From positions 992,001-1,056,000 of the forward strand of contig NW_027271040.1 in the NCBI RefSeq assembly GCF_040938485.1: DNA of 64,000 bases, in the 5' to 3' direction. Shown piece by piece: positions 35,335 through 47,204 of the stretch. Below the pieces are notes generated by a model. That model saw only the letters and a program-made list of their open reading frames with translations, was not told the origin of the DNA and did no database searches. The number at the start of each line of letters is the position of its first letter. Positions within the stretch are counted from its first letter, which is position 1. Source of the stretch: Diadema antillarum (taxonomy: Eukaryota). Both the position numbers and the translations under genes were made by a program.

Positions 35335-35574
35335 GCGAGGCAAGAGCAAGCTGCTATCGAGCAACAAGAGTGGCTGCAACTCCAAGCAGCCCAGGTAGCT
35401 CAGGCTCAGGAGCAGGCCGGCCCTGCAGCGGCCGCCGGGGGCCACTTTCCACCATTCACAGCGTCGGAGGGTATTGCCCATCCAGTTGGCATTTCCTACT
35501 ACCAGCAGCCTGGGGACAGGGCGGGGCAGCTGCCCACCGAGTCGGCCAGCAACCAGCCTCTGCCCCCACCCTGA
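35335..35574 (+). CDS. DR1: Protein Dr1 / NC2-beta, coding exon 3
   Basis: attattcttag|GCG...TGA. ARQEQAAIEQQEWLQLQAAQ followed by a low-complexity tail; total CDS 633 nt = 210 aa. Missed by the ATG-based ORF track. Confidence 0.92.
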   Translation, partial: ARQEQAAIEQQEWLQLQAAQVAQAQEQAGPAAAAGGHFPPFTASEGIAHPVGISYYQQPGDRAGQLPTESASNQPLPPP

Positions 35575-37425
35575 GGAGCAAATAAGGAGGCTTCTACCGG
35601 GTTTAAGCAGAGTCAAATGAACTATTCTTCATGAGCCACTGAGAGCCAAGGACTACCGGAATGCTTTTCCAAGGTTCTAGCAATGCAGTGTCAATTCCAC
35701 AATTCTCTTGCAGAGAGTGAAAGAAATTTTCTTGGCCATGATGTTAGCGACGCTCTGAAGTCAAAAGAACACTTATCTTAATGAGTCACAGGACTGTAAT
35801 GCTATGAAAGCCAGAGGAGCTTTGTGAATTTGTCCTGAAGTGGATAGTCTTAGCTTTATTGTAACGAAACACTTTGCCATATGGGAGAAGATCCTGTCCT
35901 ATTGGCTTTAACTCGAGGAATCAAGTTGCCATGGACTAGGAAGAAGAAATCTTTGGAGAGTGTTCTACTCTACTTTTCAGTTTCCTCCTTTTTCTTCATC
36001 TTCTTTCCGTTTTTACTCCTCCTTTTCTTTCCTGTTTTGTTTTTCTCCGTTGCCTTGTTCTTCGTGTTATTTGTATTCTTTGTCCTTTCTTTTGGTTTGA
36101 GAATGGTTCTTGAATATCTTTACAAAAATGTCTTATTCTCAATTGGAAATATTCTTTGATAACATTGACATCAACAGTAAAGCCCATAGAAACACTTGTC
36201 AGATCAGCCATCCGAGTATTGATTGATCTGGCACAAATAACTTCTCCATGTTAACAGGAACCAAGTTGAGGCTTTAATGTCCTTGTAGAATGGTATGGGC
36301 TGCACCCTGTGGAATTGCAGATAATGATTAAGAGAGAGAGAAAAGTCATAGCACAGTTTAACTGCCTTTTTGTCTGCAAACCAACAAAACTTGTGCTGAA
36401 GACACCATGACCACTCAACCATTTGTCTAGTAATGTTGCATGCAGTTTATGAGGGTATTGTAAATGCATTGGATCTTAATGTTATTATTGGGTTATTTCA
36501 GGTTTTATGGTAGTGCTAGTGTTAGTGCTATCTCAGCATTAGCACAGTATCAAAACCGAACTTGAAATTAGTCAATGTTGACAGATTGGCCTTAAAATCA
36601 TTACATGTTTCCATAGCTGGTGTTAAAAGTTTCAACATTTTAAATGTTAGCAATTTACATGCTTTCTCCTCATTGGCTTAACACTAGCCCCTAGGGATGA
36701 TCATGTTTGTCATCTCAAGTTCGGTGCTGGTATTTCTGGCATTATGTGCAAGACCCACATTCCTGTGAGTCACATCCATGGTGAACGTATGTTGTACATG
36801 CAGATGTTTTCGATAGTCTAGGTGAGTGCAGTGGTCGCCCGCGGAATATATAAGACAAACACTCTAGAAACGGCTACATAAATCTAAGCCTGGGAGCAAA
36901 AAAGAGATTGTTGTATTTTGGAGAAGGGATGGACTTTGTGCCATTTTAATTAATCTTCCTCATTATGCTTAGCAGTCATGACTATATCTTTATGCCTCCG
37001 CCCTAAGGGTGCCAGAGGCATTATTTAATATTTTATTTGAACCATGCACCATCTCTTGAAACACCTTGTTCTCATTGCACAATTCCAGCACATTTATGGA
37101 CTTCGTGGTGGTGTGAAGATAACACTAAGTGTTTAACACTAGGTGTTGGGGATTGGTGATTGTTATCGGTATCCATTGCATTAATCTGTGTCATCTGACC
37201 TTTGGCGTTGGAGCTTGATTTAAAGCAGCTGTTTGGGAGAAAGTGTTAACACTAGCAGCTGCACCGAACTTGAAATCACGCCTAGTAATCATTTGTGTGT
37301 TGGTGATTACTGACAGAAATACTGGTTAACATGAATTCATCAAAAAAGTAACCCCCTTATCTGTTGCTTGCATCTTGTGAAACTCATTTTGAAGCTGAAG
37401 AACTATGTATTTTGACATGGTGTGT

Positions 37426-37431
37426 AATAAA
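37426..37431 (+). terminator. Candidate polyadenylation signal of DR1
   Basis: AATAAA ~1.85 kb after the stop codon, at the end of a UTR-like TG/T-rich stretch. Confidence 0.4.
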
Positions 37432-37771
37432 TGTGATAGGCATTTAAGACAGAATTGATTTAAAGTCTTCCTTTTTCATGAAAGATGCACAAGTCTCACA
37501 ACATCAAACACAATGGCCTGAACTGAAGAAGATGGTTTAAATTTAGACCATGGTTTACGGAAAATAAAAAATTTCTTCTGCATAAATATGATTGACAGAT
37601 TGCGGAGGCCAACAAACGTCCAGTAAGAAACGCGCGCTGATATGTGCGTGTTAAATATATGGCTGTTTCGTGCTTATTTCAGTCCATGATCGAAATTTAA
37701 GCCACGACTTGAATTTGAAACCAACTACAGTGTACTTGAATTTGGGCCATATGTCTGCAGGTAAAGCCTTG

Positions 37772-38399
37772 TAAAGAGGAAATTCAGTCCAAATATAAGT
37801 TAGTCTGATAAAAAAGAGTAAAATTTTGCAAGTTAAGCGGTAAGAAATTTGACTGAAATTGGATGAAAAATAAGGAAGTTATGAAATGTCTAAGTTTTGA
37901 TAATTTCTCCAAAACAGTTCTTGTACAGTGGATATGAAAATGTAAATGGGTGAGCTAACCATGTCATACCCTTACAATTTTCCATTGATCGTGTACAAAA
38001 AAAAAATGACGAAAATTCAATGTTTCTGTCATTGAAGTCTGAAACATGATGTTATTCCTGGTTAAATAACTTCAGAATAGTGATCAGTAAGATATATGAG
38101 GATTTGAGCCTCAGTATAATTGCGTTTGAATTAAAAACAGGAAATTTCAAAAATTTTATGTACAAACTATATGTTAAGTTGTGAGGGAATGACATGCTCA
38201 CTTTTCCATTTGCATATTCATATTGACTGCTCAAGAACTGTTACCCCCCCCCCCCCCCCCCCCGAAATAGCAAAACTTTGAAATGTCATATCTATTTTCC
38301 ATCCGATTTCAATCAAATTTATACCGTTGAACACGTAATATTTTACATGTACTCTTTCTTATCGGACTGACTTATATTTGGACTGGATTTCCCCTTTAA
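37772..38399 (+). mobile_element. T2/Kolobok-type MITE family C, full-length copy
   Basis: TAAAGAGGAAATTCAGTCCAAATATAAG ... CTTATATTTGGACTGGATTTCCCCTTTAA long imperfect TIRs; internal C20 run. Confidence 0.7.
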
Positions 38400-39149
38400 A
38401 AGAATGTACGTTGTGATGTAGATAGGAAGTGTTCTGTGTTAACCTGACTGCATGCAGGCGTGCTTGCTTTGCTAGTGTTGGAGGGAAATGGGATTCATAT
38501 CCATGATACATGTATGATACATGTACCTTGTGAATGCCTTTCTGCCTTGAAACCAACAATTTCTGTATGTTGTAGGTACCTACTAAAGAGTCATGTTCTG
38601 GAAAATATATAATGTAAATGGTGCAGGTGAATTCATAGTGTCCCTACCTAGCAGAAGACAGAATTCTCCATTCTGTGTGTGCTGTATGTGTGTGTTCACA
38701 TGCATTCTTACATAGGGAAATCTTGTGTTGTGTGAGGAACAAGAAAATCACAATGGGTGGCTTTACTCCCATAATTCTTATGGGGTACAGAACATCAACT
38801 TATGTTGTGCACAGAACTATGATATGATATGGACTGCCCTTAAGTAGGGGATACAACATTCATTGCCTGAACTAGAATTGCATTGCCCAAGTGAAAGATT
38901 GAGCACAATAAGATTCTAGTAAGGCCAATTAATATATCCCCTGAAAGTAGCCAGTCCGTATCATTATCATTAGGGCCTACTCGCAACCAAATCAGACATC
39001 TAGAGCCCACTTGAAAATTTTGATATTTGATATACATACTAATATTTAAATAACATCTTAAATTCAAATTTCAGAGAGAGAAAGTGAGACATTAGGGCAA
39101 CTTCTTATCTCTAGATGCATGTCTACAGATAACCATCTCTTGCTTAGTA

Positions 39150-39335
39150 CAGTGCAGTCCCATTATAAGGAACATGGTTAGAACAAAATTCCGGTTACAA
39201 CGAAGTAAAAATTCAGGCCGCAACATTATCCACTCTATGTATTTTTACTGTTTATTTGTTTGGTTATAACAAAATTTTGATAAAACCAAAGAGAACAGCC
39301 GGTCCCTAGAACTTCATTATAAGGGGAGTCCACTG
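39150..39335 (+). mobile_element. Tc1/pogo-type MITE family D, copy 2
   Basis: TA|CAGTGCAGTCCCATTATAA...TTATAAGGGGAGTCCACTG|TA. Related partial copies at ~43880-43960, ~44760-44905 and ~48151-48360. Confidence 0.75.
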
Positions 39336-41138
39336 TATGCAAATGTTTGATATGCGAACGCCACATATTTTGCACAAACTCTTTTGTTACTGGTGCGCAA
39401 TAACATGTTCACAGCTTTTTTCAAACTTATTGCCCACTATTCTTTTTTTTTCAGCTGTGAATGATAAATGAAATATTTCTGAAAAATTCTAATGACATCC
39501 AAATATGCAGCAAGACATGAACGCCCAGTGTTGATATACCCTGTAATTGTTTTATTATTACAATGTGCACTGCACTTGTATGAACAGCTGGCAGCAACAC
39601 TTTGGCTCGTTTGAAGTACATGTAGTTTGTATTTCCATTACATATGTACATCACAGACATAAATAGTCTTACCTACATTTAACCAATATACATTTAACCA
39701 GTCATATGGCTACCAATATACAGTATTTCTATTCGTATCAGAGCATGGACTGCAACATTGTGAGCTGCAATCTATTCAAGACAATACAAAACTTACATGA
39801 CCCCGCAGAAGCTTTAATCTTTCACTTATTCAAAAGGAACCATGGCAATGTTTCAAGTTTGACAGTCATTAGCCAGTACATTTTAAAAAGTGCCAACCTT
39901 ATTCCACACTCTGCTTGTTTAACCCATATGCTATATCATGCTTCACACAGTCGTAACAAAATTGTGCACGTCACATTATGTACTATCAATGACGACGAGA
40001 TGAAGACATAGTGCGAAAAAGTTCTACTTCTTCTTTTTCCTGTACTGTGCAGGACCTCCTGAGAGTATACATGTACTCACGACTAAAAATGAATGCAGCT
40101 ACAACAAATACATTAAAAATGTACAATGTAGTTGCAACCAGACAGCTGTATAAATGTCGACAACATAATTCAATGGTGCATAAAACAGTTGCTCTATGAT
40201 TCACAAATTGCTCCTCTGACCTCTCGGCAAATACCACGATTACAATCTAGCGATAATGTTATAGTGATTACATACCATCATACGAATGTTTTACCATAAA
40301 GGGATGACCTGTAAAAGCAATGAATTGTATTTAGGCCTACAGTATCTGTACCAGATAACAGACCTTATCAAAGAAAGACCTAACACAAATGTAGAATACA
40401 AGCTTGACGGTTGGGATTTCTGAGTAGCAGCATGGCAACAACAAACACATAATCCAACTTGTGCAGAAGCCAAATCTCCCATAGGTCAATGCACTCTCTC
40501 CAGCCCGGATGTGTACTACTGCAAAATAGAGCGTTCCTGTAATGTATTACAATTCATGGCTTTTTCTTTTCATACGCCTGAATAAAAAAACCATTTCATT
40601 CACCTGCTCATTCCAATGCAAGTTTCTAATGCAGGAATGCACTTAGTTGTTTCTAGTGAAAGCAAGCCTTTGGCAAGCTGTGTGGTTGTTTAGAACAACT
40701 TTTGTAAAATTTGAATACAAAGTACAAAACAGTGTATTGAGCCTATTTGGCAGTATGTTAGAGCAATAATGAAATAATGTACCCTGTGCAGTTTGTGAGA
40801 AGTGTAAGGGTTTGTGTACTTTGGGCAAAGTGAGGAAGTTTTAGGGACATAATACAAGAATGGTACATGGCCCATCACAGTATTAATGAATAAAATGATA
40901 CACTGTGTACTGGTAAATTGTTGTACTGTAAAAAAAAAAAAAGGAAAATAAAGTTTAGGGTCAGAGAATCCCTCAGAAATAATATTACACATTATTGCAT
41001 TTGAATGAGACAAGAGTCGAGGGGGTGCAAGAATGTAGCACTGAGTTGTTTCACACGTTAATGACAGATGAACTACAGCAATATGTCACAACGGGCATGG
41101 CTGACACATAATGTGCAAAAGACAATGTACATTGTACA

Positions 41139-41292
41139 CAGTAGCAGATCCAGAGGGGGTGCACCGTGTGCGTGCCACCTCTTTATTTTTTGTGAAAACA
41201 AAAGAAATTGAAAAAAAAAATGGGGGTGCATGCGCCCCCCTTTAATTTTGTAAAGACGCCTCCCCTTTACGGAATTCCTGGATCCGCCCCTG
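41139..41292 (-). mobile_element. Short GC-rich MITE family H, copy 1
   Basis: CAGTAGCAGATCCAG...CTGGATCCGCCCCTG. Inverted relative to 42716-42879; no intact TSD. Confidence 0.65.
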
Positions 41293-41623
41293 GTGCATGT
41301 ATAACATAAAGCATATCAAATCTTGCTCTGGCAGTGAAACTTTCTTGGGCAACATTAGAACCATTCCACATTATTTGTACGCGAGCATTTAGAGAGATGT
41401 ATTAAATAATGGTATATATACCTGTACCACATTTCTTACAAGCACAAATCTTTTGGTGCACAAATCAGCCAAAATATGTAAGTGCCATAACCTAATGTCT
41501 AGCAAAAAATATGGGGCCACAAAAATAAAGAATAGTACATACCGTATGTGATATGAGAAAAAAAAATAGAACGGGTGTACAATCTCATAATATCCTAATG
41601 GCATAGGCAAGCATAAGATATTG

Positions 41624-41851
41624 GTAAAGAGTTCCCTAAACACATCCAAAAGTTGTATTTACCAGTGACAGTTTCGACGACAGGCTGTCGTCTTTTTCAA
41701 ACGATGGCTAATTGGCAACTGATGATATGGCCATCGTTTGAGAAAGATGACAGCCCGTCGTCGAAACTGTCACAGGTAAATACAACTTTTGGATGTGTTT
41801 AGAGAACTCTTCACTTGTATTTATCAACCATCCTTATGAACTTATTTTGCA
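41624..41851. mobile_element. Penelope-like inverted-repeat insertion with two hammerhead-like cores and a 15-bp TSD
   Basis: 82-bp inverted arms at 41627-41708 and 41730-41811. TSD AAGCATAAGATATTG at 41609-41623 and 41852-41866. Each arm reads UUGA(G/A)AA-A-[helix II]-GAAACUGUC. Confidence 0.7.
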
Positions 41852-42715
41852 AAGCATAAGATATTGTTCACATCAAAACTCACTAAAGCAGCACTACCGA
41901 TGACTGTATGTGTGATTGGATCAATTTTACATTGCCACAAAGGAAGCACTAAAGCGACCATGGACAAGCTGCTATGGGACAGATGTCTGTATGTCACAAA
42001 AGATTAAGCAATGGGGGCAGATAGAGTTCCTTATTCATGAACACCATTGCTGCCAGAGGGCTCGAACTAATGACCTTGTGATTTAAAATCCTTGGTCTTA
42101 TACTCTCACACACTGATCGAGCCACAACAGACTGAATATCAAAATTATACAAGTTCAATTCTTACTAGTCAATCAAGTTTGTCTGCAGGTGATTGACTCT
42201 GTACACCTTGGTGAATGAGGAAAACAGGGAAAGTAACCCTGGATGCAGACTGAAAGTTTCATAATCTACAACTGATATGTCATTTTACCATTTATGGGTA
42301 TACTTTCATACATTTTCATATCATTCATATATTTACATATAAATATCAAAAATACCCTGAAAATCCACCACTAGGAAAGTATTGAGCTAAAAAAGAAGAG
42401 ACTACCCTGAAAAATTGGAAACCATCAGGTAATAGACTTCCACCATCCAAACTGGAAGCAAATACCTGAAACATAAGCTATATTCAAAATGAAGTTATAC
42501 AGTTACCATGCACATTTAAAAAAAATCATTATTATCATTATTATCTTTTGTACACAGCCTGCTGTGTATTCTTCACTCCGTTTAACACTACAGTCTGTTC
42601 AAAGAGAATGCATTTGCCTTGGTTATACATTGTAGTCATGTCCCTTTCTGTAGTGTTGTCCTTTAATAGCAAAGAACCATCCCTAGCACACTCATAGCAA
42701 AGGCATATATGAAGG

Positions 42716-42879
42716 CAGGGGGGGATCCAGGAATTCTGTAAAGGGGGGGCGTGACTAATATTTCTGGTGCCACTTCCGGGTTTCATTTCATTGTTTTTCT
42801 TTTTATTTCTTTTGTTTTTTACGAAAATAAAGGGGGGGGGGGCGTGCGCCGGCTGCGCCCCCCTCTGGATCCGCCACTG
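42716..42879 (+). mobile_element. Short GC-rich MITE family H, copy 2, 6-bp TSD
   Basis: TGAAGG|CAGGGGGGGATCCAG...CTGGATCCGCCACTG|TGAAGG. Confidence 0.75.
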
Positions 42880-43568
42880 TGAAGGTACAGAGAAACAGCT
42901 GAAATTTGCAAATTGATTGAGAATGGATGATCATTCTTTTGCCCAATAGTGCATAAAATTAATCTCCTGTACAATGGTGTTTTTGGTACTTTAATGATAA
43001 GTGTACCATACTTAGAAAATGCCTGGCAGCTGCACAGACCAGGATTATGATGTAGCAGAGGCATTTTCACATAAATAATTACACTATGCCCCATGTCATG
43101 ACTACAAACAAGTTTGGTGGAAGATGCCAAGCACACCTGCAGTGATCCTTTAACAAGAAATTGCAATTTCTTTTGCATGTAATCAACATGTATGTTGTGC
43201 ATGGGACCGCCATCCAATGTTAAGTCCCTTTCATGTTCAAATCGACCACTTGACAGAGTCAATATCAAAGTTGAAAATTGTGGAATTCCAGTTAGTCACT
43301 ATGCATATAAAATTACTGCACAAATCTGTCATTGATCTATACTTGTGATATCCATTACTTCATTCCTGTTTCCATTTCTTTCGCAACAGTGACTATTCCT
43401 TGAAACTCCTATCATTTAGATCAAAGAAACACTTGCAAATTGAAAATTCAACCACCTTCAATATTTCTATGAAGGATGTTCGTGGACCTTCCCGTATTGT
43501 TGCTTTCACTTTATCAACCAGACTAAATTTGAACATGGAGTGGAGTTCCCCTTTCAGGGTGTGGCATA

Positions 43569-43824
43569 TCACTCTTTTTCCTGAACAGGAGCAGACGTGG
43601 CACCTTCTCCTTTCCCGGAACCAGTCCCACCTCCAGCAGAGTCCCCTCCTGTCTTCTTCACCACCCACACCTCGTTCGTTCTGTTGAACAACTTAAAGGG
43701 GCTGTCGTAGCCAGCGAAGTAGAAGATGTCATCGCGAAGCTGGTGTCCGTCTCGCTCCAGGACGGGAATAAACTTTTTCATCTCCTCAAGATAATTTTCT
43801 TCACTGGCGTTGCCACCAAACGTT
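43569..43824 (-). CDS. SOUL/HEBP2-like heme-binding protein (cytosolic type), last exon
   Basis: cctgcaaag|A ACG (AAG acceptor). TFGG...YFAGYDSPFKLFNRTNEVW is the SOUL C-terminal motif, followed by a Gly-rich tail. Confidence 0.92.
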
Positions 43825-45040
43825 CTTTGCAGGATGAAATAAGAAATGCATATGTTTAAGCTGGAGCACAGCTTTAATACAGTGAAACCTTGTTGCATAA
43901 TGAAGTCAGCTATCACAACAAACTCTTACAACCAGGAGCTTTTGCAGGTCCCTCCTAATACTTCTTCTTTTCTGTGACGTGATTGAGAGCTAAAACCTAA
44001 AAAGAGAAGTTACTGACCAGTCTGTATACACCAAATATTTTGTGACTTATTATCTTACACAAATTTTGTAAGTCAGGTGCTATTTGCAAATTAAAAAACA
44101 CACAAAAAAAACATGAATTCTGATCCCAGTATGAATGCGGCATACAAGCATACATTTCTCCATTCAGTCCTGTGCAAATTAAACCACTTGCATAAAGTCC
44201 AGAGTCGCAAAAATTAGACTTGCTAAAATATATACACATGTAGCATATTTCGTATTTGTCATGGTTTTTAGGTCCTTGTTTCAAAAAGGTTCTACTATAT
44301 AATGTAGTCTCCATCTGGCAAATTACAGCAACATCATTCTCATGTTTCCCATAGGGAAAAAATACTGCCTCTTCCATAAAACATAAAAAAAAAAAGAGTA
44401 TTCACATAATCAAGCAGCTCAGGACCAGTGGCTATTGATCAACATCTATACTTATACAGCTCCATTGGAATAAGTATTGTTTGCTGATGGATGCTGCTAT
44501 CAGTACTGCAAAGTCTTCTTTCTCTACTGACGAAAATAAGAAATGAGTGCAGTCCATATTCCATGCTTCAATACAGTGGTAGCTGTGCAAAAACAACATT
44601 CTGTTAGTCACTTCTTTGTACCAACAAATGGGTTAGAGGGCTATATTCACTATAAAAAGAGAATCTTTTAAGATGGGAACTAACCATAATATCAAAGTAT
44701 CTAAAAGTTTTTCCTCTTTTCTCTCCTCTATTTCTCGTTTTGACTACACCTATTTCACAGTACAGTGCTCTTCTGTTTATAATGAAATTCTTTTACAAAG
44801 AAACAAAGAAGTAAGGTATCAGATCCCCAACTTATCACCTATATACACTCGTATCTCCAGTACATTTTACTGTTCAGCTATTATATAACGAAATTTTGAT
44901 ATATCAAAAGACTAGAAACGTCGCTATGGCAACTGGTATGCCTCCGCCATAATGTATGATTCTCCTAATAGGTCTACAGTACATTTATATGACTTTGGGA
45001 AGAGCCGATCCCTACAGATGAGACGGCTCCCGAGACTCAC

Positions 45041-45221
45041 TTTACAAAGACTGTCATGGCTGGAAGTCTCTTGATGAAGACGTCAGACTCTGTGGGGTTG
45101 GGAGGGTTCTCACTAAACTCTCGCTGCATGTAGAAGGACATGGTGTACTTGGTCTCACAGGCTGGCCCTTGACCAGGGATGATCTCCCTGGCGACCGGAG
45201 CAGTCATCTCGATCTTTTGCT
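45041..45221 (-). CDS. SOUL/HEBP2-like (cytosolic type), coding exon 3
   Basis: ctgcctcag|AG CAA...GTA AA|gtgagt. KIEMTAPV...YTMSFYM...PPNPTESDVFI; phase 1/2. Confidence 0.93.
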
Positions 45222-45298
45222 CTGAGGCAGATGTTCACACACAATTGAATGTAAATCATCACACTGAATGCATTTGAAATTGGGACGTCTATATGTTT

Positions 45299-45956
45299 TT
45301 ACAGGAAAAGTCCACCTTCACTCACATGTGGATTTTGTGAATGCAGCAATACAGTAGAACGCAAGAGTGAAAGTTAGAGGAAATTAGACAATTCATTCAA
45401 TCGTTATGCATTTTTCTAATTTCCCTGCTGCCATCGCTGAATGAGAAGACAACTACAGTCTGTCACATGCATAGAAAGTTGACAGGAAATACATGTATAA
45501 AGAGAACTCTACAATCTTTTTATTCAAGCACACATTCCCTCCACTTGTTACTGATGTTTTGTAAGGGCAAGAATATTTCCCCTGCCTTCTGAAAGAGGCT
45601 AGTCAAGTGCTCATTTACTCTGCAAGAAAAGTGAAAATTGAATTTTCTTTGTATTTTCTTTATATTTCAAAAGAGAAATTGAGCAAAGGTAAAGGGATGT
45701 TTTCTTTGCTCAATTTTTCACCTAGATGAATTGTATAAATTTCTGGTCAGTTTCACTTTGCATTCTTTAGTTTACACATCAACTATATGTGACATTACAA
45801 AGTGTAGTAGTCTTCTCATTCAATGATGGCAGCACCAAAACTCTATTCATCATTTTCGAATGGATTGTCCAATTTTCCTCAAACTTGCTGATGTCTTCTA
45901 CTATATTGCTGCATTCACTCAGTCCTCATGTACATGAAGGTGAACTTGTCCTTTAC
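45299..45956 (+). mobile_element. Older, diverged family B-related MITE (SOUL intron)
   Basis: Ends resemble family B (AGTCCACCTTCA...GAATGCAGCAATA / TATTGCTGCATTC...TGAAGGTGAACTTGTCCTTTA) with a different interior. Confidence 0.5.
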
Positions 45957-47047
45957 ATCTGTAACAGTTGTACTTTTGTCTGGATAAGAGGCATGTATTC
46001 ATCAGTTTGTTTCGTTTGACTTTAATACAATGTAGCTTGAAAATCCATACCTTCAATTGAGTCCTGTTATCACCCTGTTATCATGATATAGGTAATGAAA
46101 TCAACTTTCCCAGACAAGTTTATCTACACTGTACCTGATTAAAATATTTTGTACAATATTCTGCTTCACCTAGGCTATTGTTCAAATTTCACTTTGTTGA
46201 CATTGTTGTTAAATTTACCCTACGGTGGTTAAAGATGGCTTGGCTTTGCATGTATTCCTTTGGTTAGACTATTTCAGCAGCCCTTAATTAGGGTCAGGAT
46301 TATAGTCTAGTTCCATATCTAGTGCCCTGAAAGCAATGTACCTCAAGGACTTAGATCAAAGTACCTGTATTTTCATCTTCCTAAATCAAAATGAAACATA
46401 TTTAATTATATAATTTTCTCGAAATCATGAACAAAACAATTATACAAATTGCCAAACTTTGCCATAACAAAGGCATAATAAATTGATACAAAACAAAAAT
46501 TTCAATTCAATTTCAATTCAATTCAATTTTATTTCCATTTCCATTGAATAAACAGAAAAAAATATATACAATACATTTACAAAACAAATTTATAACAATT
46601 TTAAAGAAAACGTACAAGTGGTCACGAGTAACAACAGAATTTCGTTTCTAAGGTATATACCTAATACAAAGATTAGAATGGAAATGGAGGGACCCACTTA
46701 AAAAGCAAAGCTTGTAGGGTATGGGACCCTCAAAAAATACGTACACAAAGTCAAAGAAACCAATGTCAACTGACATGAAAAATTTTGTCAACTGACATGA
46801 AAAAAAAAAATGAATTTTTTGAAACAATCAACTAGCCAAAATCAATATAAGTACTTACCATTTTTTTTTTCAATTAAAAATTTTGATAAGAAGTATTCAT
46901 CCTGTCATGAACTACTCATCATGCTGTTTGTTTAAATTTTCAGTAACCATCCTTGAATACTTATAACTGGTTGGGTTCACAATAATAATAGAATAATTTT
47001 AAGCAATTGAGGGGTGCTTTAATCTTGTGAGACGGTAGCATCCTTAC

Positions 47048-47204
47048 CTGCATCATTAGCTCCTTGGATGTACCTGAAAAGCTTGAAGAACATCTCGCGT
47101 CGAGTTTCTCGAAGTTTCTTCATCGCCGTCTCATCTGCATCAATGAGGTCTTTGGAGGTCGACACCCAAACAGAGGGAAGGTACTCTCGTTCCTCATAGC
47201 CATC
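47048..47204 (-). CDS. SOUL/HEBP2-like (cytosolic type), coding exon 2
   Basis: ccttgtag|GAT...GCA G|gtaagg. DGYEEREYLPSVWVST...FFKLFRYIQGAND; phase 0/1. Confidence 0.93.

Noticed and set aside
35185-35616. 143-aa minus ORF and 115-aa plus ORF over DR1 exon 3
   Set aside because: Antisense and off-frame shadows; the homologous frame is ARQEQAAIEQQEW.
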